From contig JAXHMG010000003.1 in assembly GCA_034521595.1 (NCBI GenBank), positions 3,039,006-3,103,005 of the forward strand: a stretch of 64,000 bases of DNA, written 5' to 3'. Shown here piece after piece: positions 19,194 to 29,534 of the stretch. How positions within the stretch are numbered: position 1 is the first letter of the stretch; each line of letters begins with the position of its first letter. The translations under genes were made by a program, and so were the position numbers. The DNA is from Gemmatimonadota bacterium (GTDB lineage: Bacteria; Gemmatimonadota; Gemmatimonadetes; Longimicrobiales; Gaopeijiaceae). Below the pieces are notes generated by a model. The model saw only the letters and a program-made list of their open reading frames with translations, was not told the DNA's origin and did no database searches.

Positions 19194-19661
19194 ATGACCT
19201 CTCACCGATACCTCGCCCGCCGGCCGCGACTCGGCTTCACCATGGTGGAGCTGCTGTTCGTGCTGGTCATCGTATCCGTGGTCGCCGCGATCGGGCTCCC
19301 GCGCTTTTCGGATTGGCTGGCCTACCATCGCGTCGAAAATGCTGCGCGTGTCGTCGCGGGAGACTTCGAGAACGCGCTGGCGCTCGCCGGTCGCCAGAGC
19401 ACTCCCGTCCGCGTCGCGTACGACGCCACCGACATGGAGCTCCGGGTGACGGACCGCGCCACGGGAACAGTCCTGCACCGGCGTCGGCTCGGTGGGGGCT
19501 CGGAGTTCCCGGTCGGCTCGGCGACTTTCACCGGTGCCCCGGTGGACGTCTATCCGAGCCGCGAAGTGTCGGCTCCGATCTCGGTGACGCTCGTCGCCGG
19601 CGAGCACTCCCGCCGCGTCCACATGTCGAGTGCGGGTTTCATCCGGATCGTGAGCTCATGA
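19194..19661 (+). CDS. Type IV minor pilin, FimT/FimU/GspH-like
   Basis: Prepilin motif G/FTMVELLFVLVIV. Confidence 0.88.
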   Translation: MTSHRYLARRPRLGFTMVELLFVLVIVSVVAAIGLPRFSDWLAYHRVENAARVVAGDFENALALAGRQSTPVRVAYDATDMELRVTDRATGTVLHRRRLGGGSEFPVGSATFTGAPVDVYPSREVSAPISVTLVAGEHSRRVHMSSAGFIRIVSS

Positions 19662-20077
19662 GCGCCGCGACTCCCCGCGGGCAGGCCGGCTTCTCGCTCG
19701 TGGAGGCCTTGGTGGCCATCGTGCTGGTCAGTGTCGTGGTGCTCGGCCTGGCCCCCGTGATGTTCGATGCGGCGTCGAGGCAGGCGGTGGATTCGGGCGG
19801 CGCGGAGCGTGACGCGATTCTCTTGGGCGAAGCGAATCGCCTTTCGACGCTCCCCGTCCAGGCCCTCGCCGGCGAGGCAGGTTGCCGGACGCTCCCTCCC
19901 CAGGCTCACAACTATGAGCACGACCTGTGCGTCACTGTCCAGCCGATGGGGGGCGCCCAAGTTCGAGTCGGCGTGTCCGTAACGCCCGACGCCGACCTCG
20001 TGCAGGCGGACTCGGTGGTTCTTTACCGCAGGGCCGGAGGCCAGGGGAATCCGTTCAACACCGGGGGGTCACCATGA
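19658..20077 (+). CDS. Type IV minor pilin, PilV-like
   Basis: Prepilin motif G/FSLVEALVAIVLV. Confidence 0.85.
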   Translation: MSAATPRGQAGFSLVEALVAIVLVSVVVLGLAPVMFDAASRQAVDSGGAERDAILLGEANRLSTLPVQALAGEAGCRTLPPQAHNYEHDLCVTVQPMGGAQVRVGVSVTPDADLVQADSVVLYRRAGGQGNPFNTGGSP

Positions 20078-20937
20078 GGTCGGAACCGCGGCCCGAGCGA
20101 GGTAAGACTGCACGGGCGAGACACGGAATGACGCTCGTCGAGATGCTGGTCGGCCTCGTCGTCAGTGGGATCATGCTGGGAGCGCTCGTGGGACTGTTCA
20201 TCAATCAGTCCCAACTGACCGGCGACCGAGCTTCCCGCCGGGTGGCTCGCGACGTCGTCCGGAGTGGGTCCCAGATTCTGTCGGCGGACATACGGCGCCT
20301 CGAGAGCTCGGGCGGGGTCGAGGCCGCGTCGGCCGATTCCGTGACGCTGCGCGTTCCGCTCGCCATCGGCCTCGTGTGCGGAAGCTCGGGCGGCGGCAGT
20401 CCGTCGACGACCGTCAGCCTCCTGCCCACGGATTCGGTGCGGTATGCCACGGCGGCGGTCTCGGGGTTCGCCTGGCGTAGCCAGGCCGGTGCCTATACCT
20501 ACATGCCGACGACGGGGCTCGGCTCCGGCACCGCGAGCACGTGCTCCTCGGCGTCCGTCAGCACCCTGTCGGGAGGCCGGGTGGTGGAGCTCACGGCGGG
20601 GAGCGGAGCGATTCCGGCCGGGGCTCCAGCGTTGCTGTACGAGCGCATCCGTTACGCGTTCACTGATACGGGGTCGGGCGTGGCCCTCGTCCGGACCCTC
20701 GTCGAATCGGGAGACCGGGAGGTCCTCGTGACGAACTTCAGCGACGGCGGGACCCGCTTCCGCTTCTTCGTGGGGTCGAGCGGGACCGCACAGGATGCGC
20801 CGCCGGCCGACCTGAGCGACCTGACCGGCCTCGAGCTCGTGCTCGAGGGACAGGGTGACCGACCGAGGGTGTCGGACGGAGCTGTGGCGACCGTGCCGTT
20901 GACGGTGCCCGTTTACTTCAAGAACCAGATGAACTGA
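20074..20937 (+). CDS. Type IV minor pilin, PilW-like
   Basis: Prepilin motif G/MTLVEMLVGLVV; ends YFKN. Confidence 0.85.
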   Translation: MRSEPRPERGKTARARHGMTLVEMLVGLVVSGIMLGALVGLFINQSQLTGDRASRRVARDVVRSGSQILSADIRRLESSGGVEAASADSVTLRVPLAIGLVCGSSGGGSPSTTVSLLPTDSVRYATAAVSGFAWRSQAGAYTYMPTTGLGSGTASTCSSASVSTLSGGRVVELTAGSGAIPAGAPALLYERIRYAFTDTGSGVALVRTLVESGDREVLVTNFSDGGTRFRFFVGSSGTAQDAPPADLSDLTGLELVLEGQGDRPRVSDGAVATVPLTVPVYFKNQMN

Positions 20938-20938
20938 C

Positions 20939-22018
20939 ATGCCTCACGACGGAGCCGGAACGATGAAACACACGCAGAGCCGGGCCGGGTTCGCCTTGCC
21001 CATGGCGATTTTCCTGCTCCTGGTCACGACGGGAGCCGTCATGACGACTCTGGCGCAGACGTCGACCGAGCGTCGCGTCTCGGACAGCGGCGCGACGGGT
21101 GAGCGGGCGCTGGTCCTCGCGGAGTCCGGCCTGGCACGGCTCGACGAGCTCGGATTCGACTTCGCCTCTTCGGTTCAGGACTCCGCCCGCATCACCATGT
21201 CGGACGGGTTCGCCGACGTCGTCATGGAGCGCGTGCGGGCACCGACGAGCACCGAGCGCGCCGTGTTCGTCGTGCGCGCCCGCGGCGTGCAGACTCAGGG
21301 CGGCTGGTCCGACGCCCCGAATGCGGTGCGCACCGTCGTTCGACTCGGCGAGTGGGTCGAGGGAACCATGCAGGTGCACGCCGGATGGACGAGCCTCACC
21401 GGTCTCCGGAAGAACGGGAACGCGGGCTCGCTGAGCGGAATCGATCAGTGCGGCGTCCAATCGCCGGTGGCGGGCGTGGCCGTGCCGGATTCGCCCGGCT
21501 ACAGCGGACACAGCGGGCCGGTGAGTGGCAGCCCGCCGATCAAGAGTATCGGCTCGACGCCCGGGAACGCGGCGGCCCAAGTCCACATCGACTGGGCCGG
21601 GATCGTCGACGGCAGCGCGCTCGAGCCGGACTACGTCTATCCCGACGACGGATGGCCGAGTGACTTCGACGACTGGCCGGTCATCTACGTGGACAATCCG
21701 GGCAGCGGCTTCTCCCTTCCCGACAGCGGGCGCGGAACCCTCATCGTGCGCGGCGACCTCACCATCTCGGGCAGTCGGAGCTGGGACGGCATCGTACTGG
21801 TGGGCGGAGAGCTGACCTCGAACGGCAACAACAGGGTGCGTGGCGCGACGATCACGGGTCTGAACGTGAAGCTGGGCGAGACACCGGGCGAGAGCGACGT
21901 CGGAAACGGGAACAAGTCCTACGTCTACAACTCCTGCAACGTTCAGGACGCCATGCAGAGCCAGGCATCGCTCAGGATCCTGGACAACACCTGGCTCGAT
22001 ACATGGGCGCAGTACTGA
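20939..22018 (+). CDS. PilX-like minor pilin with extended C-terminal domain
   Basis: G/FALPMAIFLL (no Glu5, as in PilX), ALVLAESGL; C-terminal GRGTLIVRGDLTISG..WDGIVLVGG. Confidence 0.8.
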   Translation: MPHDGAGTMKHTQSRAGFALPMAIFLLLVTTGAVMTTLAQTSTERRVSDSGATGERALVLAESGLARLDELGFDFASSVQDSARITMSDGFADVVMERVRAPTSTERAVFVVRARGVQTQGGWSDAPNAVRTVVRLGEWVEGTMQVHAGWTSLTGLRKNGNAGSLSGIDQCGVQSPVAGVAVPDSPGYSGHSGPVSGSPPIKSIGSTPGNAAAQVHIDWAGIVDGSALEPDYVYPDDGWPSDFDDWPVIYVDNPGSGFSLPDSGRGTLIVRGDLTISGSRSWDGIVLVGGELTSNGNNRVRGATITGLNVKLGETPGESDVGNGNKSYVYNSCNVQDAMQSQASLRILDNTWLDTWAQY

Positions 22019-22054
22019 TCGCCGAGGGCGACAGCCCGGATTCGGGGAGGTAGC

Positions 22055-22417
22055 GTGAAGGTATTGATCGCGGACGACGACCCGACCACTCTCCAGTATC
22101 TGGCCACCGGGCTACGGGGCAAGGGCTTTGAGGTCGATACCGCGGCCGACGCGATGCAGGCCGTCATGAAGGCCGTTCGCTCAGGGCCGGACGTGGTCCT
22201 CCTCGACATCAAGATGCCGGGTGGGACCGGCGTCACGGCGCTCCAACGGATCAAGAAGTCCGCCAAGACCGCGAGTGTCCCGGTGATCGCGATCACCGGC
22301 AGCCCGACCGACCAGATCCGTCGAGAGGTCCTCGACCTCGGTGCCGTCGATTGTCTGGAGAAGCCCATCGATGTGGACGAGATCGCCGCGATGATGGAGC
22401 AGATCGCCGACGGGTGA
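22055..22417 (+). CDS. Single-domain response regulator receiver protein
   Basis: VLIADDD, VLLDIKMPG, AITG, LEKP. Confidence 0.9.
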   Translation: MKVLIADDDPTTLQYLATGLRGKGFEVDTAADAMQAVMKAVRSGPDVVLLDIKMPGGTGVTALQRIKKSAKTASVPVIAITGSPTDQIRREVLDLGAVDCLEKPIDVDEIAAMMEQIADG

Positions 22418-24380
22418 GCCGTCGATACGCTCCGAGTGATCCACGCCCGGGACCAGCTCGTCGATCCGGGCTTCCAGCCGCTCACGCATGGCTTCCACCT
22501 CTGCCCGTTGGGCCGCCACGCGGTCGAGGATTTGCGTCTCGGCGGTTTCCACCCGGCTTCGTGCGTCCTGCACGAGGGGCTGGATCCGGCTGTCGACCTC
22601 TTCGCGGAGCCGGGCTTCGGCCGCTTCGATCTCCCGGCCGAGCTCGCGGCGGAGGCTCTCGGCCACGGCCGAGCCGATGTTGGACTGCACCGAGAGCGAG
22701 GGGTCGGAGAGGCTGCCCGAGAGGCCCATGGTGAGGCTCACCTGGTCGAGACCGCTCACCGCGCGCCAGAGAAAGTCACGGGCCCATTCGGCCGATCCCG
22801 TCCGGAGGTCGTCGGCGGAGGTGCCGGAGAGCGACTGGGCCAGGGTGCGTGGCGCGTCGTCGTCCGTGTCGGAGGCGGCGGCTCCGGCCCGGAGCCAGGA
22901 GATGTCGTCGGAGCTCCAGTGCATGCGCGCGTCGATCTCGTCTCCGACGCGGCGGAGGTCGAACGCCGCGTTTCCGAGCCCGAGGTCGACGCGGGCGTCG
23001 AAGGCGTCGAGGTCGAGCGCGGGGAGTCCGATGCCGTCCAGGGTGAGCGAGACCGAGTCGCGGATCGTCTCCGTGGTGTGGTCGAGCACGGCCGCCAGGC
23101 TGAGCCCTTCGGGTCCCTGGGCGCTCTCGGCCCGCCCGGCCAATAGCTCGATCGGACGACCCACCAGGCTGGGCTGGGAGGTGAGGTTGCGCAGGTTTGC
23201 GGTGTACTGCCCGGCCGCCGGGCCGTCCCCGGCGATCTCCAGGCCCAGCTCGCCACGCTCCAGCAGGAACGAGGGGTACGTGGCGCGGCCCGGGAACTCC
23301 ACGGTCGTGCCCTCGGCGCGGGCGCGCTTGGGGCCGGGACGGTTGCGCGGGTCGAGTCCCGGCGGAAGGAAGCCTTCGGCCTTCTGTGCCCAGTAGAGCA
23401 CGGGCTTGAGCCAGGTCAGCGCCGTGCCGCCGAAGAGGGCGGGCGAGATGTCGGGCGCGTCCAGCGACGGCAGGTCGAGCAAGCCCCGGGCGTAGGCGAG
23501 ATCCCGAGCCCTGAGCTCCTGGAACTCCCCGGCCGCGGAGCGGAGTGACCCGACGCCGGCACGGACGTCGTCGTCGAGCGCGGCGATCTCCTCTTCGAGA
23601 TCGGTCAGTCGATCCAGGGCATTGCGGCCGTCGCGGACCAGCCCCGGGACCCGAGTGGCGTTGAGGGGCGTGAGGCTGAAGTCCTCGAGCCGCTGGACCA
23701 CCGCCCGCAGCGAGTCGATACGCGGCCGGGGGTCGAGGCTTTCGAGCCGGTCCTGCCAGCCGCTACGGAGCGAGTCCGCCCGGTCCACCAGTGCGCGCGC
23801 GTGCTGGACCGTGCGAAGGCTGTCGGTGGAGATCGCGTCCGTGCGCACCACGGTCGAGAGCCCGTCGAGGCTGAGCGGCGGCAGGTCGATCTGGTTCGCC
23901 CAGGCATCGACCTCCCGGAAGAGCGCGCCCGACTCGGGGTCGGGGTTCTCGAGGGCCCCGGAGGTCTCGCGCGGCGTGTTGAAGCGCACGCCGGTCACCA
24001 CGAGGTCCTGCACGACCACCTTTTTCGACAGGAGCGGCTCGAGCAGCAGGTCGACCAGGATCTCGTCGGCCTCGAAGAGGTTCGTCATCGGGGCGTTCGG
24101 GTTCGTGACCTGGAGGCCGTTCAGCCGCACGCTGCCGTCCGTGGGGCGCACGTCCGCCGCGTCGAGGTCGACCGCCGCACCCGACGATGGACGCGCCCGT
24201 GGCTTCCACGCCTCGCTCGACGAGGCTGTCCGCCCAGAGCCAATAGCCCACCCCCAGCAGAAGGAGGACCACCAGGAACACCACGAGGCCCGGTGGCCGC
24301 AGGATATGGGACTTCCGGCGCTTGCGGGCCGGGGCCGCGGATGCGGATTCCGGAGTGGTCGTGTTCGGTCGGTCGCTCAT
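22181..24380 (-). CDS. TIGR03545-family protein, frameshift near 24181; true 3' end uncertain
   Basis: N-part MSDRP..ATGASIVG joins ORF 22181..24151 (LQVTNP..PMTNLFEA..LEPLLSKK..RETSGAL); follows TIGR03546-like gene. Confidence 0.72.
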
Positions 24381-24904
24381 CAGCCCCCCGGCCGGAAGAG
24401 GCGGTAGGCGTTGTACAGCTTCGAGGCACGGAGCGCCCGGAAGAACCTCGCGTCCTTGTAGCGCTCGTAGATGGTGGCCCGGTAACGCGCCACGCCGAAG
24501 CGGGCCAGGAAGTAGATCGGCACCGAGAGCACGATCCATCCGACGAAGCTACCGACCACGATGGTGTTCGTCGGGTTGGCGAGCGCCAGGACGGGCGTGT
24601 TGTAGGCGGCGGCCCAGACGTCACGAAGTCCGCCCGCGTCGAGAAGAAGGGCTCGTCCGACCCGGTCGAACACCGGGTCGAGCAGAAAGCCGACGGGCGT
24701 GAAGATCATCCAGCCGAGGAGCGCGCCGGGCACCGAGACGCGAAAGAAGAGGATGGCGGCGACGACGAGCACGTTGTGCAGGTTGAGGAGCGGGGTGAGG
24801 CCGAGGCAGGCCCCGACCGCCATGCCCGCGGCCACCTGCCCCGGAGTCCCTTCCGAGTTGAGCGCCTTCACGAGGCTCTGGACGAGCTTGATGATCCAAT
24901 ACAT
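24380..24904 (-). CDS. TIGR03546-family membrane protein
   Basis: LVKALNSEGTPGQVAAG..LGLTP..YNTP..NTIVVGS. Confidence 0.8.
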   Translation of the reverse strand: MYWIIKLVQSLVKALNSEGTPGQVAAGMAVGACLGLTPLLNLHNVLVVAAILFFRVSVPGALLGWMIFTPVGFLLDPVFDRVGRALLLDAGGLRDVWAAAYNTPVLALANPTNTIVVGSFVGWIVLSVPIYFLARFGVARYRATIYERYKDARFFRALRASKLYNAYRLFRPGG

Positions 24905-24955
24905 GCGTGAAAGCTACCGCCCGTCGCCTGCCGGTGCACGGGGTGGCGACGTTCG

Positions 24956-25600
24956 TCAGCTCCGGGCCAGCACCCGCTCGAGGAACTCCACGAAGCGCCG
25001 GGCGACCCACGAGGGCGTGAGCTCCTCGACGGGTGTTTGCCCCAGCACGGTGAAGCGGTCGAGCGAGGCTCCGGTCGCCTCCAGAGCGATCACCTGGGCG
25101 CCGGGGCCGCCGGTCCCGTCGAGCGGGTCGGCCGGCCCGCGCTCGAACCCCAGACGGATCTCGAAGCCGGACCGCTCGCTCCCGGACGGCGCGAGCCCGG
25201 CGAGCGGGCCTCGGTCGGGCTGGAAGCGTACGATCAGCGCGGGCTGATCGTCGTCCAGCCGGTCGTCCAGCGAGACGTCGTGACCCCGTTCGGCCAAGCG
25301 GGCCGTCGCCGAGCGCAGCTCCGGAAGAGCAACCCGGTGGAGCGTGTCGAGCGCGGTCTCTTTATGTCGGGTCGGTTCTCGAGCGTCCTCGGCCGGCGTG
25401 CTGACGGGTGTCGGAGCCGGTCCTTCGCTCCCCCGAGTGCGGCCTGCGGGTGGGAACGAAGCATTCGGTGCCGGTCGCGGCGGCACCGACCAGCGACGTC
25501 CCGACCCTGGTTCCCGTCCGGAGCGCGATGTGTCGGGCTCCGGATTGTCCGCGGTCAGCGGATCGAACGGGTCGAAGGCGTCGGGCGGGTTGCCGGGCAT
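24956..25600 (-). CDS. Hypothetical protein (Pro-rich N-terminus, C-terminal domain paralogous to upstream gene)
   Basis: ORF track; similarity by eye to 25606..26079. Confidence 0.6.
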   Translation of the reverse strand: MPGNPPDAFDPFDPLTADNPEPDTSRSGREPGSGRRWSVPPRPAPNASFPPAGRTRGSEGPAPTPVSTPAEDAREPTRHKETALDTLHRVALPELRSATARLAERGHDVSLDDRLDDDQPALIVRFQPDRGPLAGLAPSGSERSGFEIRLGFERGPADPLDGTGGPGAQVIALEATGASLDRFTVLGQTPVEELTPSWVARRFVEFLERVLARS

Positions 25601-25605
25601 GGTCG

Positions 25606-26079
25606 TCAGGACAGGTCGAGAACTTCACGGACGAAGGTCAGGAGCTGCTCACGCACCCAGATCTCGTCGAACTCCTCGGCGCTCACCACCGCTTGGTCGC
25701 GCGTCGACGACAAGCCCTCTTCGCTCCAGCGCTTCGCGATCACCTCGTCCGAGCCTTCCTCGCCCCACGTCAGCTCGAGCGTCGTGCGGCCCGGCTTCTC
25801 GTCGTCGAGCGGGCTGGCCTTCGGGTAGAGGTGGATGCGCACGTTCGGCGGATAGGCGTCCAGGAGCTCCTGGTACACGACCCCGTGCCCCGCCTGCTGC
25901 AGCCGCTCGGCCACGTCGCGCGTGTGCTGGAGCGCACAGGCACGCAGATAATCCGCGCCGCGCTTGCGGTCCTCTTCGAGCACCAGCGCCTTCTGGACCA
26001 GGCGTCGGGTTTCGTCCTGTTTACGCTGCTCGTATTCGCTGAGCAGGGTTTCGAGCTGATCGCCGGGGGCGTCGAGCAT
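25606..26079 (-). CDS. Hypothetical protein
   Basis: ORF with coding-like composition; AT-rich promoter-like region upstream. Confidence 0.7.
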   Translation of the reverse strand: MLDAPGDQLETLLSEYEQRKQDETRRLVQKALVLEEDRKRGADYLRACALQHTRDVAERLQQAGHGVVYQELLDAYPPNVRIHLYPKASPLDDEKPGRTTLELTWGEEGSDEVIAKRWSEEGLSSTRDQAVVSAEEFDEIWVREQLLTFVREVLDLS

Positions 26080-26377
26080 GGGTTGCGTCGCGGGTGGGGT
26101 GGATAAAACGGTGCAAAATGCCCTACCTACCTACAAAATGCCTGGCCGTATGTGCGCACACTACCGTTTCGGGGCGCGTGTCCAGGCGGTTGAGCACCTC
26201 GCTCAAAAGCAAGGGTCGTGCCCGGGGCGAGCCGTGACGGCGCGGGGTGCGCACGATCCCGGCGCCCCGGGCCCGTGCGTGCCTCCGGAGCCTCGCGGGT
26301 CGGTGGCGCCCGGTGTGGCACACGTGCCTCGGTGTGTCGGACCGGAGTCTCGGCCGGCACCAACCCCGTTACGGGAC

Positions 26378-28834
26378 TCATGGCGCAACCGTGATCGTCC
26401 GGCTCGAGAGGTCGGCGATTTGTCCGAACCCTTCCACCGTCACCGTGATCGTCGCCTCGCCCTCGCCCTCGATCGAGAGCTCGACGCCACCGCCGTCGAC
26501 GGTTTCCGGCGAGGCGTGCTCTCCCACGGGGATCGACACCACGACCGAGCCCGTACCGTCCGGAAATTCGTTCGTCACGAGGCTGAGCACCTGTGGGTCG
26601 CTGCTCTCGATGTAGGCGCTCACACCCGCCCCCTGTTCCGCGAGGGGGTTCACGGCCCTGGGCACGAAGAAGCCCGAGCCGCTGTCGTAGCCGGCCTCCA
26701 CCCGGAACGGTTGGTTCGGGTCCGTCGGCCCGTAGCGGTCGTCCAGGTCGGTGAGCACCGCGACCGGCTCGACCACGCTCACGTCCAAGGTGTCGGCGAC
26801 GAACCTCGGCTCCGAGGCGATGACGCTGAGCTGTCCGGCCTGCGCGAACGGGTCGCCCTGGATCCAGAACGGGACGTCGAGCACGCTGTCCGGCACGGCG
26901 AGGTCGAGGGAGCTCGTGCCGGGGGTGAGCGAGTCCGGTGCGAAGAGCACCCGTTCGGGATCAGTGCTCGTGATGGTCATGGTCGAGCCTCCGTGCGCCC
27001 ACGAGTCCCCGAGATAGAGGACCGCCGGAGCCTGCAGCGAAGCCGGGAGCGCTCCCGAGTAGAAGATGACGAGCTCGGGTGCGCCGACCTCGACGAGCTG
27101 GCTCGCGTTCATCTGCCCGAACCCGGGAATCGAGACGCTCGCCTCTGCCGAGCCGATGTCCACCGGGTCGAGCGCGAACCCACCCTCGTCCAGGGAGAAC
27201 CCGGTGTAGGCGCTCGTCGGTGAGATCTCGGCCGTCACGGACGCCCCGGCGCCTCCGACCGTGGTCGGGAGCAACACGCTCGGATTGTCGCTGCTCAGGG
27301 TGACCTCGAGCGGCTCCGCACCGGCACGCACGGCCTGAGTGACGGGCCCGTCCGGAGTGTTCGCGCCCACACCCGCGTACACGATGTTGAGTCCGGTCAG
27401 CGTGTCGGGAGCCGGATGAACGCCGTAGAGGCTCACCACCGTCTCGACCACCGCGACATGAACCGTATCGGGCGTGAACCCTTCGGCCGAGGCCACCACG
27501 GGGACGGTGTCCCGGACGCCTTCGAGGCCGTGCGGGTGGAAGAAGAAGAGCGGAAAGCCGTCCGGTACGTCGTACGTCGTCGTCGCGGTTCCTTCCACTT
27601 CGACATCGGGCGGCGAGACGAGCAGGGCGTCCGGATCGAGGCTCTCGATGGTGACGGTGGTGCCTCCGTGGGTCGTATCGCTGAGCTCACCGGAGTAGAA
27701 CGCCTGCAGCCCCGCGCCCACCGGCAGCTCCGACGTGATCAGGATGTCACCATCGCCCGTGAACGGCTCCACGACGTCGACCTCTGCGAACGCGACGTTG
27801 TTCTCCACCTCCGGGTCCTCGAACTCCACCGGGAGCACGAGCCTCGCCTCGTTCTGCAACGTCGTGCCGGCCGTGCCGTCGTCGACCGTGACCGTCAGGG
27901 AGAGCGTGTCCAACGCTCCGGCGGGAAGGAGCTCGAACGACCAGAGGGGCGTGGCGGCGTCCGGGTCGAAGACGCCCGCCGTGGCCTCGAACGACTCGAG
28001 GGAGACACCGTCGGGAAGGTGCTCCTCCACGACCAGACCCTCGACGTCGGTTCCACCGCCGTTGAAGACCAGCACGGTGAAGTCGACGGTGTCTCCTTCC
28101 TCGACCTGGGTCGCCGAGACCGTCTTGAACACGGCGGGATCACCCGGCGCCGGAAGGACCTCCAGGGTCGTCGTATCGCTGTGCGCGCCCGCCGCCGCCA
28201 CGATCTCCGTGATCCCCGGCGCGACCGCGGTCACCACGGAGTCGCTCACCACCGCGACCTCCTCCTCGAGCGAGACCCAGAAGACCTCGGGCGCGTCTTC
28301 GTCGGTCGAGCTCACTTCCGCGGTGAGGGCCGCCGACGTGCCCTCGAGAAGCTGCCCCGGCACCTCGCCGATCGTGACGCCGGTCACGTGGAGGTTGGCG
28401 AGCGGCCCGCGCACGATGTCCACGTCGGCCGGCTCCACCGAGGCGCCGGACTCGAGCGTCATCGGGTCGGTGATCCCGGAGAACTCGACGACCTCCGTGC
28501 CTCCCGAGGCGTGGATCAGGCTCAGCTCGACGACCACCTCCGCCGACGAGCTCGCGAGCGGCACGTCGATGTCGATCTCCCAGGACTCTGCCTCCGGATC
28601 CACGTCGAAGCGCGCTTCCGTGAGGACCGTGCCGTCGCCCTCGGCCCCGGTCGCCTCGCGCACGACGGCGCGGATGCGGTTGATGGGTAGGGCGGTCTCG
28701 TCGGCCGCGCCGGGAATGATGGCGGGCTGGATCGGGAGCCGGAGGCTCGTGTCCGAGGACGGTCCGGTCGCGGGCTCGCCGACGCAGGTAGCGAGGGCGA
28801 GCGCCAAGGCGGTGGTGAGGAATCGACGCCGCAT
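26378..28834 (-). CDS. Surface lipoprotein with Ig-like (Big_2) and DUF11 domains
   Basis: Lipobox LATC; WVSLEEEVAVVS..VTAVAPGITEI (Big_2); KTVS..EGDTVDFTVLVFNGG..LPDGV (DUF11); very acidic. Confidence 0.75.
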   Translation of the reverse strand: MRRRFLTTALALALATCVGEPATGPSSDTSLRLPIQPAIIPGAADETALPINRIRAVVREATGAEGDGTVLTEARFDVDPEAESWEIDIDVPLASSSAEVVVELSLIHASGGTEVVEFSGITDPMTLESGASVEPADVDIVRGPLANLHVTGVTIGEVPGQLLEGTSAALTAEVSSTDEDAPEVFWVSLEEEVAVVSDSVVTAVAPGITEIVAAAGAHSDTTTLEVLPAPGDPAVFKTVSATQVEEGDTVDFTVLVFNGGGTDVEGLVVEEHLPDGVSLESFEATAGVFDPDAATPLWSFELLPAGALDTLSLTVTVDDGTAGTTLQNEARLVLPVEFEDPEVENNVAFAEVDVVEPFTGDGDILITSELPVGAGLQAFYSGELSDTTHGGTTVTIESLDPDALLVSPPDVEVEGTATTTYDVPDGFPLFFFHPHGLEGVRDTVPVVASAEGFTPDTVHVAVVETVVSLYGVHPAPDTLTGLNIVYAGVGANTPDGPVTQAVRAGAEPLEVTLSSDNPSVLLPTTVGGAGASVTAEISPTSAYTGFSLDEGGFALDPVDIGSAEASVSIPGFGQMNASQLVEVGAPELVIFYSGALPASLQAPAVLYLGDSWAHGGSTMTITSTDPERVLFAPDSLTPGTSSLDLAVPDSVLDVPFWIQGDPFAQAGQLSVIASEPRFVADTLDVSVVEPVAVLTDLDDRYGPTDPNQPFRVEAGYDSGSGFFVPRAVNPLAEQGAGVSAYIESSDPQVLSLVTNEFPDGTGSVVVSIPVGEHASPETVDGGGVELSIEGEGEATITVTVEGFGQIADLSSRTITVAP

Positions 28835-28837
28835 GGG

Positions 28838-29385
28838 TCAGCTCCGTCCGATGATGCCCACGCCTTCCGAGCCCTTCGACTCGCCGGCCATGGCTCTGGC
28901 GATCTGTCCGGCCCATACGAGTGCCGCGCGGGCCATCAGGAAGAACGCGAGGGGATATACCACGCTCTGGAACGAGGTCTTGATGACGGCCTTGATCAGG
29001 CCCGGACGCGCCGGGCTCTCGGACACCGCGGCCAGCGCGACCGGCACGTTGGTCCAGTAGAGGATGGCGGCGGCGATCATCGCCGTGCCGAGCAGGACCG
29101 CCAGCACCACGCCCAGCGACACGCAAAGGCCAGGCTCCGGTCCCACTGGGCCAGCCAGAGCTGGATCAATCGCGAGGCCGAACGAGCACGCTCGAGGAAC
29201 CCGTTGAAGCTGGCCGTGACCGTGCCGAAGACCCATTCCCGGTTCCCGAAATCGGTCGGAATCCAGGTCAGCACGTTGTCGGCGCCGGCAACCGCGAGTG
29301 AACAGCAGTCCCATGCCACCGATGAGCGACCAGAGCCGCCCGGGTGCGACCGGCGGATGCGGCGAAGGAGTGGACGATCGGACAT
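28838..29385 (-). CDS. Membrane protein, frameshifted
   Basis: Hydrophobic segments split over frames; WIPTDFGNREWVFGTV motif. Confidence 0.5.
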
Positions 29386-29469
29386 GACGCGACGCCGGAG
29401 CATGGAGTGGACAGTGCGAGTGGAGCGTCCGGACAAGCTAGGCGCACACCGACGCGACTGCGACAGACG

Positions 29470-29506
29470 AAAAAAGCGGGCCGGACCCTCGAGGGTCCGG
29501 CCCGCT
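29470..29506 (-). terminator. Intrinsic terminator after the PEP-CTERM gene
   Basis: Perfect 32-bp palindrome AGCGGGCCGGACCCTCGAGGGTCCGGCCCGCT ending in T6 on the minus strand. Confidence 0.85.
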
Positions 29507-29534
29507 CATGCGGTGCACCGACGTCCGGTAGGCG

